From positions 297,104,001 to 297,168,000 of the forward strand of contig OZ024743.1 of the NCBI GenBank assembly GCA_964016885.1: a stretch of DNA of 64,000 nucleotides, written 5' to 3'. The translations under genes were made by a program, and so were the position numbers. Positions 24,001 to 36,747 of this stretch are shown here, in pieces; positions within the stretch are counted from its first letter, which is position 1; every line of letters begins with the position of its first letter. Source of the stretch: Eledone cirrhosa. Its lineage: Eukaryota. The notes under the pieces are model-generated. The model was not told the origin of the DNA. It saw only the letters and a list, made by a program, of their open reading frames with translations, and did no database searches.

Positions 24001-26680
24001 CACTCCAGTCTAGGTGGTGTATCACAGCTGTGTTAGGGAGCAGCAGACTCTACACTCCAGTCTAGGTGGTGTATCACAGCTGTGTTAGGGAGCAGCAGAC
24101 TCTACACTCCAGTCTAGGTGGTGTATCACAGCTGTGTTAGGGAGCAGCAGACTCTACACTCCAGTCTAGGTGGTGTATCTCAGCTGTGTTAGGGAGCAGC
24201 AGACTCTACACTCCAGTCTAGGTGGTGTATCACAGCTGTGTTAGGGAGCAGCAGACTCTACACCCCAGTCTAGGTGGTGTATCACAGCTGTGTTAGGGAG
24301 CAGCAGACTCTACACTCCAGTCTAGGTGGTGTATCACAGCTGTGTTAGGGAGCAGCAGACTCTACACTCCAGTCTAGGTGGTGTATCTCAGCTGTGTTAG
24401 GGAGCAGCAGACTCTACACTCCAGTCTAGGTGGTGTATCACAGCTGTGTTAGGGAGCAGCAGACTCTACACTCCAGTCTAGGTGGTGTATCACAGCTGTG
24501 TTAGGGAGCAGCAGACTCTACACTCCAGTCTAGGTGGTGTATCACAGCTGTGTTAGGGAGCAGCAGACTCTACACTCCAGTCTAGGTGGTGTATCAGAGC
24601 TGTGTTAGGGAGCAGCAGACTCTACACTCCAGTCTAGGTGGTGTATCACAGCTGTGTTAGGGAGCAGCAGACTCTACACCCCAGTCTAGGTGGTGTATCA
24701 CAGCTGTGGTAGGGAGGAGCAGACTCTACACTCCAGTCTAGGTGGTGTATCACAGCTGTGGTAGGGAGCAGCAGACTCTACACTCCAGTCTAGGTGGTAT
24801 ATCTCAGCTGTGTAAGGGAGTGGCAGACTCTACACTCCAGTCTAGGTGGTGTATCACAGCTGTGTTAGGGAGCAGCAGACTCTACACTCCAGTCTAGGTG
24901 GTATATCACAGCTGTGGTAGGGAGCAGCAGACTCTACACTCCAGTCTAGGTGGTGTATCACAGCTGTGTAAGGGAGCAGCAGACTCTACACTCCAGTCTA
25001 GGTGGTGTATCACAGCTGTGTTAGGGAGCAGCAGACTCTACACTCCAGTCTAGGTTGTGTATCTCAGCTGTGTTAGGGAGCAGCAGACTCTACACTCCAG
25101 TCTAGGTGGTGTATCTCAGCTGTGTTAGGGAGCAGCAGACTCTACACTCCAGTCTAGGTGGTGTATCACAGCTGTGTTAGGGAGCAGCAGACTCTACACT
25201 CCAGTCTAGGTGGTGTATCACAGCTGTGTTAGGGAGCAGCAGACTCTACACTCCAGTCTAGGTGGTGTATCACAGCTGTGTTAGGGAGCAGCAGACTCTA
25301 CACTCCAGTCTAGGTGGTGTATCAGAGCTGTGTTAGGGAGCAGCAGACTCTACACTCCAGTCTAGGTGGTGTATCTCAGCTCTGTTAGGGAGCAGCAGAC
25401 TCTACACTCCAGTCTAGGTGGTGTATCACAGCTGTGTTAGGGAGCAGCAGACTCTACACTCCAGTCTAGGTGGTGTATCACAGCTGTATTAGGGAGCAGC
25501 AGACTCTACACTCCAGTCTAGGTGGTGTATCACAGCTGTGGTAGGGAGCAGCAGACTCTACACTCCAGTCTAGGTGGTGTATCACAGCTGTGTTAGGGAG
25601 CAGCAGACTCTACACTCCAGTCTAGGTGGTGTATCACAGCTGTGTTAGGGAGCAGCAGACTCTACACTCCAGTCTAGGTGGTGTATCACAGCTGTGTTAG
25701 GGAGCAGCAGACTCTACACTCCAGTCTAGGTGGTGTATCACAGCTGTGGTAGGGAGCAGCAGACTCTATACTCCACTCTAGGTGGTGTATCACAGCTGTG
25801 TAAGGGAGTGGCAGACTCTACACTCCACTCTAGGTGGTGTATCACAGCTGTGGTAGGGAGCAGCAGACTCTACACTCCAGTCTAGGTGGTGTATCACAGC
25901 TGTGTTAGGGAGCAGCAGACTCTACACTCCAGTCTAGGTGGTGTATCACAGCTGTGTTAGGGAGCAGCAGACTCTACACTCCAGTCTAGGTGGTGTATCA
26001 CAGCTGTGTTAGGGAGCAGCAGACTCTACACTCCAGTCTAGGTGGTGTATCACAGCTGTGGTAGGGAGCAGCAGACTCTACACTCCACTCTAGGTGGTGT
26101 ATCACAGCTGTGTAAGGGAGTGGCAGACTCTACACTCCACTCTAGGTGGTGTATCACAGCTGTGGTAGGGAGCAGCAGACTCTGTACCCCAGTCTAGGTG
26201 GTATATCTCAGCTGTGGTAGGGAGCAGCAGACTCTGTACCCCAGTCTAGGTGGTATATCTCAGCTGTGGAAGGGGGTGGCAGACTCTGTACCCCAGTCTA
26301 GGTGGTATATCTCAGCTGTGGAAGGGGGTGGCAGACTCTGTACCCCAGTCTAGGTGGTATATCTCAGCTGTGGAAGGGGGTGGCAGACTCTGTACCCCAG
26401 TCTAGGTCGTATATCTCAGCTGTGGTAGGGAGTGGCAGATGCTACATCCCAGTCTAGGTGGTATATCTCAGCTGTGGAAGGGGGTGGCAGACTCTGTACC
26501 CCAGTGTAGGTGGTATATCTCAGCTGTGGTAGGGGGTGGCAGACTCTGTACCCCAGTGTAGGTGGTATATCTCAGCTGTGGAAGGGGGTGGCAGATGCTA
26601 CATCCCAGTCTAGGTGGTGTATCACAGCTGTGGTAGGGAGTGGCAGATGCTACATCCCAGTCTAGGTGGCATATCTCAGC
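21006..26680. repeat. 52-bp tandem satellite, about 109 units
   Basis: Unit ATCACAGCTGTGTTAGGGAGCAGCAGACTCTACACTCCAGTCTAGGTGGTGT, head-to-tail, no spacers. Confidence 0.98.
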
Positions 26681-26734
26681 AGCACCCCATGATAAAATGA
26701 CAAAGGTATTGTCATGGGTAACAACCAGTCACAC

Positions 26735-26828
26735 CTGTTGCATCAGCCACTCTGCTTCAGGAGGGAGATTTACTTCACATGATTTTGTGGAGGGAAACAA
26801 TAATCTGGGGACTAAGGACTCCAGAGGC
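26735..26828 (-). CDS. Candidate host exon B (PLESLVPRLLFPSTKSCEVNLPPEAEWLMQQ)
   Basis: AG acceptor (weak, AAG), CAG|GTGTGA donor, 94 bp open, phase-compatible with exon A. Confidence 0.3.
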
Positions 26829-26925
26829 CTTGATGGCAACCAACATGAAAAGGAAGCAGTATTTAGCTATCTTCCTCTCCTCTACACTAAGTTTATCAGT
26901 GTAGGAATTGTATACTGAACAAAAA

Positions 26926-27198
26926 TCAGAGTTGCTGAAGCATGGAACAAACTACCTGCATCGGTTGTTAACTGTTGAGACACTACTGCATCCTTTAAGG
27001 CCTCCATGCTTCCCGACATTCGCCAACACTGCACCTGATGTTCCCCCTCCATACACTTACACACATGTATATCATGACTCATACACTATTCACTTCCCTG
27101 ACATTTGTGTGTTATTCTATGTACTATACATGCACCTTTGACGAGTTGTAGTGCACCTGAGCACTTTACACAATCATTTCATTATTATTATTATTATT
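26926..27198 (+). mobile_element. CR1-like LINE 3' end with (ATT)n tail
   Basis: RVAEAWNKLP motif; same family as 47800-49165. Confidence 0.85.
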
Positions 27199-27573
27199 TG
27201 AAATGCTGGTAGATATAGGAGTTATGGTGGTGGTGGGAGTGGTGAGAGAGGTGGGAGAGGTGGGAAGAGAATAACCTGGAGGAGTAAGGAGGAGGAAGGA
27301 GGAGAAGTGGAAGAAGAGGAAAAAGTGGAGGAGGAGAAAGAGGTAGTGGATGAGGAAGAGAAGAAGAAGGAGAAAATGAAGAATAAGAAAGAATCTAAGT
27401 AGTAATAGTAAAGGAAGAGAAAGTAAAGCAGAGTAAAAACAATGATGAGAACAGCAACAACAACAACATGCTATTTTTAAAAGGTAAAAAAAAAAAAAAC
27501 AGAATAAAACCAACAAAATGCTTTCTTATGTGAATAAAAAAATTAATTTCTACTGTAGCAAGTATACACCCAC

Positions 27574-27629
27574 GCTTCATGATCAGCAGGACACCAGACC
27601 GAGTCTTGCATTTTGGGAAAATTGGCATC
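27574..27629 (-). CDS. Candidate host exon A (DANFPKMQDSVWCPADHE-A)
   Basis: TGCTGTAG acceptor, GC|GTGGGT donor, 56 bp. Confidence 0.3.
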
Positions 27630-27780
27630 CTACAGCAGCAGCAGCAGCAGCACCACCACCACAACCACCAACAACAACAGCATACTACACCACACTTTTA
27701 TTACAATACTTCAATTGAATATGCACAACAGCCTTCTCTCCATTTATATCATCATCATCAATATCATCACCGTTTAACGT

Positions 27781-27783
<3 letters not shown>

Positions 27784-27834
<51 letters not shown>

Positions 27835-27972
27835 GATATATACACATATATACACACATGCACACAGAGACGCACGCACACACAGATATATATATATATA
27901 TGTATATATGTCTGTATATATATATATATGTATGTATATATATATATGTTTGTATATATATATATATGTTTG

Positions 27973-28005
<33 letters not shown>

Positions 28006-28006
28006 G

Positions 28007-28038
<32 letters not shown>

Positions 28039-28104
28039 TATATGTATATACATATATATATATGTATATATATGTATATATGTATATATATATATGTATA
28101 TATG

Positions 28105-28136
<32 letters not shown>

Positions 28137-28197
28137 TGTATATACATATATATATATGTATATATATGTATATATGTATATATATATATATATATAT
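27784..28197. repeat. Interrupted (AT)n/(ATGT) tract
   Basis: Direct reading. Confidence 0.95.
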
Positions 28198-28543
28198 GGT
28201 TTCAGTCGGATGGCTGGAACATATATATATGTGTGTGTGTGTGTGTAGATTAGTATGTAAAACACCCAGAACTGGGTGTTTTCTATACTAATCTACATAA
28301 AATGCTCAAACATTAACTAAATGAGCACTCAATACCTTTGGGCAGGGTCTAAAATATATTTTCTCATGAAAAAGGTGACTATGACTTTGAGGCTTTCACT
28401 GAATATATCTTCTGACAGCCAACGTACATCATCCTCATCATCATCATCATCATCATTTAATATCCGTTTTCCATGCTGGCACACTACATACATAATATAT
28501 ATATATATATATACACACATACATTATATATATATATATATAT

Positions 28544-28890
28544 GGAGGCACATGGCTTAGTGGCTAGAGCATTGGACTTGCAATCGAAAGGTTGTGAGTT
28601 CAATTCTCAGACCAGGTGATGTGTTGTGTACTTGAGCAAGACACTTTATTTCACATTGCTCCAGTTTACTCAGCTGTAGAAATGAGATGATAGGGACTGG
28701 GGTCCATATCATTCCACTGTAAAGTGGTCGTGGAGGTGCCACGGCAAAAAAGCACCCAGCACTCACTGTAAATGAGGTTGGTGTTAGGAAGGGCATCCAG
28801 CTGTAGAATTCAAGCCAGAATCAGTTACCGTCCCACCCTTGCAAGCAGGGAAAAAGCGGACGTAAAATGAAATGATGATGAAATGATGAT
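28544..28890 (+). mobile_element. Young tRNA-derived SINE (family 1) with RTE-type tail
   Basis: A box TGGCTTAGTGG, B box GAGTTCAATTC; near-identical copies elsewhere in the window. Confidence 0.92.
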
Positions 28891-28904
28891 ATATATATAT
28901 ATAT

Positions 28905-29083
28905 AGTTTTAATATAGATGAGATTCTACAGGACTAGAACTGTTTCATTCTTTAGAAATCATCAGGATTTCTAAAGAATGAAACAGTTCTAGTTCTCATC
29001 TATATTAAAACTTTTGTACTCTGTTATGTATTGAGTACCTTACTTACTGTGGTTACCCCCGATTCAACCCGGAATAACGTACC
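28905..29083. mobile_element. Family A hammerhead fold-back element in (AT)n
   Basis: Inverted arms 28905-29012; minus-strand CTGATGA..GAAACAG..CTGTA; tail with TTGAGTAC. Confidence 0.8.
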
Positions 29084-29259
29084 TATATATATATATATAT
29101 ATATACATATATATATAAATATATATATAAATATTTATATTCCGGCTCTGTAAAACATCTGATGAATTTACATTGAGCTATTTTTCTTACTGGTAATAAG
29201 GTGGTAATGAATTACTGACCTTTCCTGTTTGTAATTATATATAGTGTATATATAAGTAT

Positions 29260-29587
29260 AAATAATTGTTTCTACATTTGGCACAAGGCCAGCAATTACC
29301 CAGTGCATTACTGGTACTTTATTTTATTGACCCCGTAAGGATGAAAAGCAAAGTTAACCTCGGTGGGATTTGATCTCAGAATGTAAAGGGCCGTAACTCT
29401 ATGCTTAAAAGCATGGCGTCCGACCCTCTACCGATACTGAAATAATATTATTATTATTATACATATTCTGAGTTCAAATCCCGCCGAGGTCAACTTTGCC
29501 ATTCATCCTTACGGGGTCGATAAAATAAAGTACCAGTAATGCACTGGGTAATTGCTGGCCTTGTGCCAAAAAAGTAGAAACAATTAT

Positions 29588-29590
<3 letters not shown>
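29260..29590. mobile_element. Two family 2 SINEs in inverted head-to-head arrangement
   Basis: 29260-29440 (-) and 29467-29590 (+). Confidence 0.85.
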
Positions 29591-29622
<32 letters not shown>

Positions 29623-29979
29623 ACCCATGCCAGGTAAAAAGGATAAATGAAAAATATACAAAAATTAATTTACACTGCAATAACCATACACCCACGCTTC
29701 ATGTGATCGACAAGACATCAAACTCAGTCTTGTACTTTCAAGAACTGTCCACATCCCACACCACCACCACCACCACCAACACACTACACTGCCACCACAA
29801 ACACCAACAATACCCCACACCACCACCACCACCACCACTACCACCACCACCACCACCAACACACTACATAATCACTACAAACACCACCAACACAAACACC
29901 ACCACTGCCATCACCCTACCACCAACACACTACACAACTCCCACAAACATGCTACACCACCACTACCATCACCACCACT

Positions 29980-30010
<31 letters not shown>

Positions 30011-30134
30011 CACTACACCACATTTCTATTACACTACTACAATTGAACACCTACATTAGTCTTCTCTCCACCCTACCATCACACACACACACACTCACAT
30101 ACATACATACATACACATATATACACGCATACAT

Positions 30135-30193
<59 letters not shown>

Positions 30194-30752
30194 TACACAC
30201 ATACATACACATACATATACACATATAGGCATAAAGCACTTCAGATTCATGGTAGTAGCATCTATTCATGGCTAAGCAGGCCGTGCATCACATGACCCAT
30301 CATCATAACAACCTGACAACAGTCACATCACATTCCACCACCAACAACACCACCATCACAACCTCTACTTTTGACGTTGGCTGCTTCAGCATTATAAATG
30401 TAGTAGAATCCTTCACAAGGTGAAAAATTACTCGTAGCCGTGACAACTAAATCACAACTGCAGAACTACTATGCTTAGTTCATTCATTCATTCATTCATT
30501 CATTCTTTCTTTGATTCTTTCTTTTCTTCATCCTTTCATTCATGCATGGCAATAGTTTTTCAGATATCTCCTCCCATGCAATCATACATGTTGAAACAAT
30601 AACTATAATCATAATAAGACGTTGGGAAACATATTCCTTTACTATATAGATATATTTACATATATCAACATATCATCATCATCATTATAATTATATATAT
30701 GTGTGTGTATATGCATATATATATATATATATATATATGCATATATATATAT

Positions 30753-30847
<95 letters not shown>

Positions 30848-30855
30848 TATATATA

Positions 30856-31240
30856 TATTAAAATATAAATATTAATAAAATAGATGTTCTTTTGATCAAT
30901 TACATTTTATTATACATATTTCAGATGTACAACAGTACGTCCTCATCAGACAAAATATAATGATACATGACATACCCTGAGATGTTAAATGGTTAAGATT
31001 TAATCATTTAACATCTCAGGGTATGTCATGTATCATTATATTTTGTCTGATGAGGACGTACTGTTGTACATCCGAAATATGTATAATAAAATGTAATTGA
31101 TCAAAAGAACATCTATTTTATGAATATTTATATTTTAATATTAATAACTCCGGAAAATTATTTTTCCCGTAGAGTGCTTCCAATCTACTGTAAAACTCAT
31201 TCTTTGACATACTCATTGAATATTGTTTAACAACTTAATA
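30856..31240. mobile_element. Family D hammerhead fold-back element (285-bp palindrome plus tail)
   Basis: Arms 30856-31140 centred near 30998; one hammerhead per strand. Confidence 0.85.
31039..31093 (+). ncRNA. Type I hammerhead ribozyme, family D (mirror copy on the minus strand at 30903-30957)
   Basis: TATTTTGT CTGATGA GGACGTAC TGTT GTACATCC GAAA TATGTA TA ATAAAATG: stem I, stem II and core all present. Confidence 0.85.
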
Positions 31241-31320
31241 TATATATATATATATATCATCATCATCATCATCATCGTTTAAAGTCCACCTTCCACACTA
31301 GCATGGGTAGGACTATATAT

Positions 31321-31359
<39 letters not shown>

Positions 31360-31855
31360 GTTTCCATTTATTAATATATTGTATATATATATATATGTAT
31401 ATGTATATATATGTATATGTATATATATATATGTATATGTATATATATGTATATATGTATATATGTATATATATGTATATATGTATATATATGTATGTAT
31501 ATATATGTATATATATATATATATATCGCTACTTTCTACTCTCACCCCTCTTTCTTCCCCCCCCCCCGTTTCTCCCTATCTACTCTTACCCCACTTTCTT
31601 CCTCTCCCTTTCTCCCTCTCACTTTCACACCCTCGCCTGACCGTTTAACAATTCTCTTCTCACTTATAACTGCGGTGATTGGACGTGTGATTCTCTCCTT
31701 CCTCTCGACCACTCAGTCTTCAACTTAAGTTCCTTATCGAGTGGTGTTGGATCTCCTACCTATAGTTGCTCGCATGTTGCTCGGTTTCTTGGGTTTTTCG
31801 CTGTTTTGTTACTGTTTTCTCTTTTCTTCTCCTATATATATATATATATATATAT

Positions 31856-32066
31856 AAGTTTTAATATAGAAGAGATTCTACAGGACTAGAACTGTTTCAT
31901 TCGTGAGAAATCATCAGGAATCTGCAAATTCCTGATGATTTCTCACGAATGAAACAGTTCTAGTCCTGTAGAATCTCTTCTATATTAAAACTTTTACACT
32001 GTGCTATGTATTGAGTACCTTACTTTTACTGTGGTTACCTCCGATTCAACCCAGAATAACTTACCT
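31856..32066. mobile_element. Family A fold-back with a hammerhead on each strand (31874-31923 minus, 31928-31976 plus)
   Basis: AGATTC CTGATGA TTTCTCACGAAT GAAACAG TTCTAGTC CTGTA GAATCT; arms 31856-31993. Confidence 0.85.
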
Positions 32067-32131
32067 TATATATATATATCATCATCATCATCATCTTCGT
32101 TTAACGTCCATTTTCCACGCTAGCATGGGTT

Positions 32132-32172
<41 letters not shown>

Positions 32173-32177
<5 letters not shown>

Positions 32178-32305
32178 AAAGGCAAACAGAAAAATAACAA
32201 CACAATCGGTACAGTATATGGAAGGGATATATTAGGTTAATGCTTGGTATAGCAGGAAGAGAGTCTTAACGTTTCGGATGCTACTCCTTCATCAGAAGAA
32301 AGAAC
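32173..32305 (-). mobile_element. Family G terminal fragment with a minimal hammerhead (32264-32299)
   Basis: Minus strand TCTT CTGATGA A GGA GTAGCA TCC GAAACGTT AAGA; palindromic ACGT stem III. Confidence 0.75.
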
Positions 32306-32314
32306 AGGTCGATT

Positions 32315-32657
32315 CATGCTAGCATGAGTTAGACGCGTTGTCCTGTTGTAGGCAGTGTCCAGTTGGCTGACCATGCCTTGCTCATATGGGAACTGATTCT
32401 GGCTTGATTTCTACAGCTGGATGCCCTTCCTCTCACCAACCTCATTTACAGTGAGTGCTGGGTGCTTTTTTTCCATGGCACCTCCACGACCACTTTGCAG
32501 TGGAATGATAGGGACCTCAGTCCTATCATCCCATTTCTACAGCTAAGTAAACTGGAACAATGTGAAATAAAGTGTCTTGCTCAAGGAAACAACACATCAC
32601 CCGGTCCGAGAATTTAACTCATAACCTTTGCTCTAACCACTAAGCCATGCACCTTCA
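32315..32657 (-). mobile_element. Family 1 SINE carrying an alternative RTE tail
   Basis: Head and core as family 1; distal tail as 16270-16350. Confidence 0.8.
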
Positions 32658-32890
32658 TATATATATATGTATACATAATATATATATATACATAAATATA
32701 TATATATATACATAAATATATATATATATATATATATGTATACATAATATATATATACATAAATATATATATATATACATCAATATATATATATATATAT
32801 ATGTATACATAATATATATATACATAAATATATATATAAATCTTTTCTTACAATATCAAGCGTTAAACTAATATATATCATAATTGTATC

Positions 32891-32934
<44 letters not shown>

Positions 32935-33664
32935 ATTTTCATTTTTACTGTTTAACGGCTATTTTCATTGCTTACATGGGATACTTGAGTTGTTATGTTC
33001 TGAGGCTAGACCAGTCAGGTGACCATGTCTAGCACATACATTCCTTTTTTGGCATGGTTTCTATGGCTAGATGCCCTTCCTAATGACAACCTCTTTGCAG
33101 TGTGTAGTGGAAGCATTTTATCATGATACCAGTACTATCATCTTAAAGGAACACCTGAATGCTTTTTATCATGGCACCAGCATTGTCTTATCACAATGCT
33201 AGGGTCATAGTTATGCTCTCAGTCAGGCTGAGCAGGTAGGTATCAGAGTGGGAGGGCGTAAGATGAGAGTTGTGAGGGAGGGAGAACTACATCTTATTTG
33301 GTGCGGAGGTTGGGACATAAAATAGTGGTACAGTAAGTACCAGGCTGTGCGGCAGACCAAGAAGAGAATGAATGACATCTGACAGGATACTGTGGCATGC
33401 ATCAGATTTTCCATTCTAACTTTGTTTGGGCAAGGAAGATGAATTTAGAATGTCCGTGGGATCCCTGACCAGTCTTCTTAAGACCTTAAAAAATTTTATT
33501 TTTTTTAAACTTCGATGTTCCAGCCTTTTCTCTCTCTCTGAAATCTCCATTTTCTAAAGAAGGACTTATGTCCGCAACGTCAACCCCTCTTCTACTTCTT
33601 CCTAAACATGAAACTAATAAGTCTTTGTGTTTTTGTATCTCTGTGTTTGTCTTGTTATTTCTTG

Positions 33665-33699
<35 letters not shown>

Positions 33700-33931
33700 T
33701 TCACACTGGGAAGTGGTCATTTTGGTGCAACAATAAAAAGCATGCAGTCCTCACTGTATATGTGGTTGGCATTAGGAAGGGCATCCAGCTATAGAAACAA
33801 AGCCAGAAATGGTTCTGTACAGTCATCTGTACAGAACTCAGGGTTTCAGATGATCCTACCTAGGGTGAAAGCCGAAATTCATTGCTTGAATTTTTAATCT
33901 GTACTAATAATATATATATATATATATATAT

Positions 33932-34685
33932 GTGAAGCCTGCATGTTCCAATGGATGTGTAATAGTAATATACGAGAACAGCAAGGCATAAATGAACTGA
34001 GAGAGAAACTAGGCATAAGAGGAATCAAATGCTGTGTGCAGGAGAAGAGATTGTGTTGGTATGGACTTGTGATGCATATGAAGGATGGCAGCTGCATAAA
34101 AAAGTGCAGAGCGTTCAAAGTCGATGCAAGCCTTGGAGTGGAGAGACCCAGGAAGACTTGGGATGAGGTGATAAAAGTCGACCTTGCCCAATTGCACCTC
34201 TCAAAGGTTATGGCACATGACTGGGATCTCTGGTGATATGCAGTAATACAGAAGACCCGACTTCCCATGAGCACAAGCTGAAGCATATATACAGTATGCC
34301 CCAACACACCCTAACCTCCCATACCCCACCCAGGAGGAGAGGCCAAAATAAATGCATCATGTATAGCCCCCCAGCCCACACTGTAAAGTGGTTGTGATGG
34401 TGACATGGAAAAAAGTGCCCAGCCCACTCTATAAAGTGGTTGTGTAGGTGTCATGACAAAAAGCACCCAACACACACTGTAAAGTAATCATGTAGGTGTC
34501 ATGATAAAAAGCACCCAGTACCCACTGTAAATTGAGGTTGATGTTGGGCAGGCATTCAGCTAGAGAAACTAAACCAGAACCAGACTGGTATGAACAAGAT
34601 ATGGTCACCTGACCTAGGATTGCCCATGATAGGACAATCCCGCCAAACCCATGCTAGCGTGGAAAATGGACGTAAAGATGATGAT
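33932..34685 (+). mobile_element. RTE LINE 3' fragment
   Basis: ORF 33943-34236 matches the 16537-17466 protein; UTR has tandem GCACCCAG..ACTGTAAA sub-repeats. Confidence 0.9.
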
Positions 34686-34744
34686 ATGTGCGTATATACA
34701 CAAATATGTATATATAGACCATGTGTGTATATATGTATATAACA

Positions 34745-35082
34745 TCCAGCCCATACTGTAAAATGGTCGTGTAGGTGTCACGACAAAAAGCACCCAGCCC
34801 ACATTGTCAATGTGGTTGGCATTAGGAAGGGCATCCAGCCATAGAAAACCAACCCCCAAAGCACCCAGCCTGCACTGTAAAGTGGATATGTAAAAGACAC
34901 AGCAAAAAACACCCAGTACACAATTGTCAATGTGGTTGGCGTTAGGAAGGGCATCCAGCCATAGAAAGCCATCCAGAAACACTCCAGTATGAGTGAGACA
35001 CAATCACCAACTTGCCTCTAAATGGGACAAACCCGTCTAACCCATGCTAGCGTGGAAGATAGACGTTAATCGATGATGATGT
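34745..35082 (+). mobile_element. RTE 3'-UTR fragment with an internal duplication
   Basis: ATTGTCAATGTGGTTGGC..CAGCCATAGAAA occurs twice. Confidence 0.75.
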
Positions 35083-35174
35083 ATATGTATATATATATAT
35101 AGTGTATGTGGTTGTGTGCATTAGTGGTGTTGGTACCAAATCAAGCAATCTATGCACAGGTAGAGTGTATATAA

Positions 35175-35524
35175 TAGAAAAAAACTAAGAAGTTTCATTT
35201 ATTATATAAAAGATATTTATTGTGTATCAACCTGTTACGCGTGTTTCACAGAGGTTTGGCTCAAGGTCACCCATAGGCGTTATGGACTGCTCCTCACAAA
35301 ATAATAGGGCCAATGCCTATATATATATATCTTTTCATCTCACATACCACAACAAAAATACATTTTTTTGTCACATCACCAGCCTGAGGAGCAGATCGAT
35401 AGTGGAGTCAGGTCCATAACTCCTACAGGTGACCTTGAGCCAATCTTCTGTGAAACGTGCATAACAGGTCGCTACACAATAAATATCTTTGATATGTAAA
35501 CAAAACTTCCGTGTTTTTTTTCTA
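35175..35524. mobile_element. Diverged fold-back (family H) with a long-stem-II hammerhead-like motif (35378-35469 plus)
   Basis: Arms about 35175-35295 and 35385-35524; CTGAGGA GCAGA...TCTGT GAAA CGTGCA TA ACAGGT. Confidence 0.6.
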
Positions 35525-35537
35525 ACCCCCCCCCCCC

Positions 35538-35584
<47 letters not shown>

Positions 35585-36049
35585 TTGGTGTTAGGAAGGG
35601 CATCCAGCTGTAATATACCCGACCAAATTTACAGTCCTTGCTGGAGCAATGTGTGACATGGCCAACCATGGCCAGGCTTGCCTCCCGGCATGGACGACCT
35701 GTCTAACGAATGCAAGCATGGAAGAATTGACGCTAAACAGAAATGATGATGATGAATGAGGATATATATAATCATAATTATCATCAACCTTTAATGGCTA
35801 TTTTTCTATGCTTGCATGGGTTAGATGGGTCATCCACATTATGAGACATCTGACCAGTTGGTTGCTCAAACGTAACTGTATTTTGGGTGATTTTTTACAC
35901 CTGAATGACCTTCCTAACACCAACTACATTTACAGTGTTGGACTGGGTGTATATATGTATATATATATATATATGTATATATGTATATATATATTATAAA
36001 GAAATGAGACCCTGACAGCTGAGTTCTTTCTGTTTCAACAGCTAGTTCC

Positions 36050-36094
<45 letters not shown>

Positions 36095-36095
36095 T

Positions 36096-36136
<41 letters not shown>

Positions 36137-36142
<6 letters not shown>

Positions 36143-36332
36143 TATGACCCTGACGGCAGAGCTCAAGCGTTTCGATGGCTATTTCTGGACTGAGTCCAGA
36201 AATAGCCGTCGAAACGGCTTGAGCTCTGTCGTCGGGGTCATACTTTTTCCTATTTCCCACTCTACTACCCTAAGTATTGAGTACTATGGTGCGTTATGGT
36301 CCATCTGGTTCCTTACCACAATTCCTTTGTTA
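36137..36332. mobile_element. Family B fold-back element (3' half of a hammerhead) in (AT)n
   Basis: Arms 36137-36248; GAAACGGC TTGAGCTCT G(C/T)CGTC GGGGTCA; tail with TTGAGTACT. Confidence 0.8.
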
Positions 36333-36511
36333 TATATATATATATAGAGAGAGAGAGAGATAAATGTATATAGCTATGGTGATGGAAGTGGTTTTTAGGA
36401 ATTAAGCAAATGTGGAGGCTGGGAAGGTGGTGAATAGATGTTGCAAGACAGTGAGAAACACTCTCTCCCTGCATAGCCCTCCCATTTGTAGCATTGTATC
36501 TATATATCATC

Positions 36512-36553
<42 letters not shown>

Positions 36554-36556
<3 letters not shown>

Positions 36557-36693
36557 CGAAGGAATTGTGGTAAGGAACCAGATGGACCATAACGCACCAA
36601 AGTACTCAATACTTAGGGTAGTAGAGTGGGTAATAGGAACAAGTATGACCCCGACGGCAGTCCAGAAATAGCCGTCGAAACAGCTTGAGCTCT
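36554..36693 (-). mobile_element. Family B element in opposite orientation with a different inversion junction
   Basis: Same tail reversed, then CAGTCCAGAAATAGCCGTCGAAAC. Confidence 0.8.
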
Positions 36694-36709
36694 ATATATA
36701 TATTGAGTT

Positions 36710-36745
<36 letters not shown>

Positions 36746-36747
<2 letters not shown>

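Noticed and set aside
21006-26680. CRISPR array or repetitive protein gene
   Set aside because: No unique spacers, no cas genes, eukaryotic context; 52 is not a multiple of 3 and stops recur on both strands
27685-28291. Many YI/CV/HT-repeat ORFs here and across the window
   Set aside because: Artefacts of dinucleotide microsatellites
28544-28615. tRNA gene
   Set aside because: A/B boxes are present but the stems are broken and always continue into a SINE body
29159-29220. CTGATGA as a hammerhead
   Set aside because: No stem II and GAAA follow
36137-36248. Fold-backs as DNA-transposon MITEs or miRNA precursors
   Set aside because: Asymmetric tails, variable junctions, no fixed target duplication and hammerhead cores fit Penelope-like termini better
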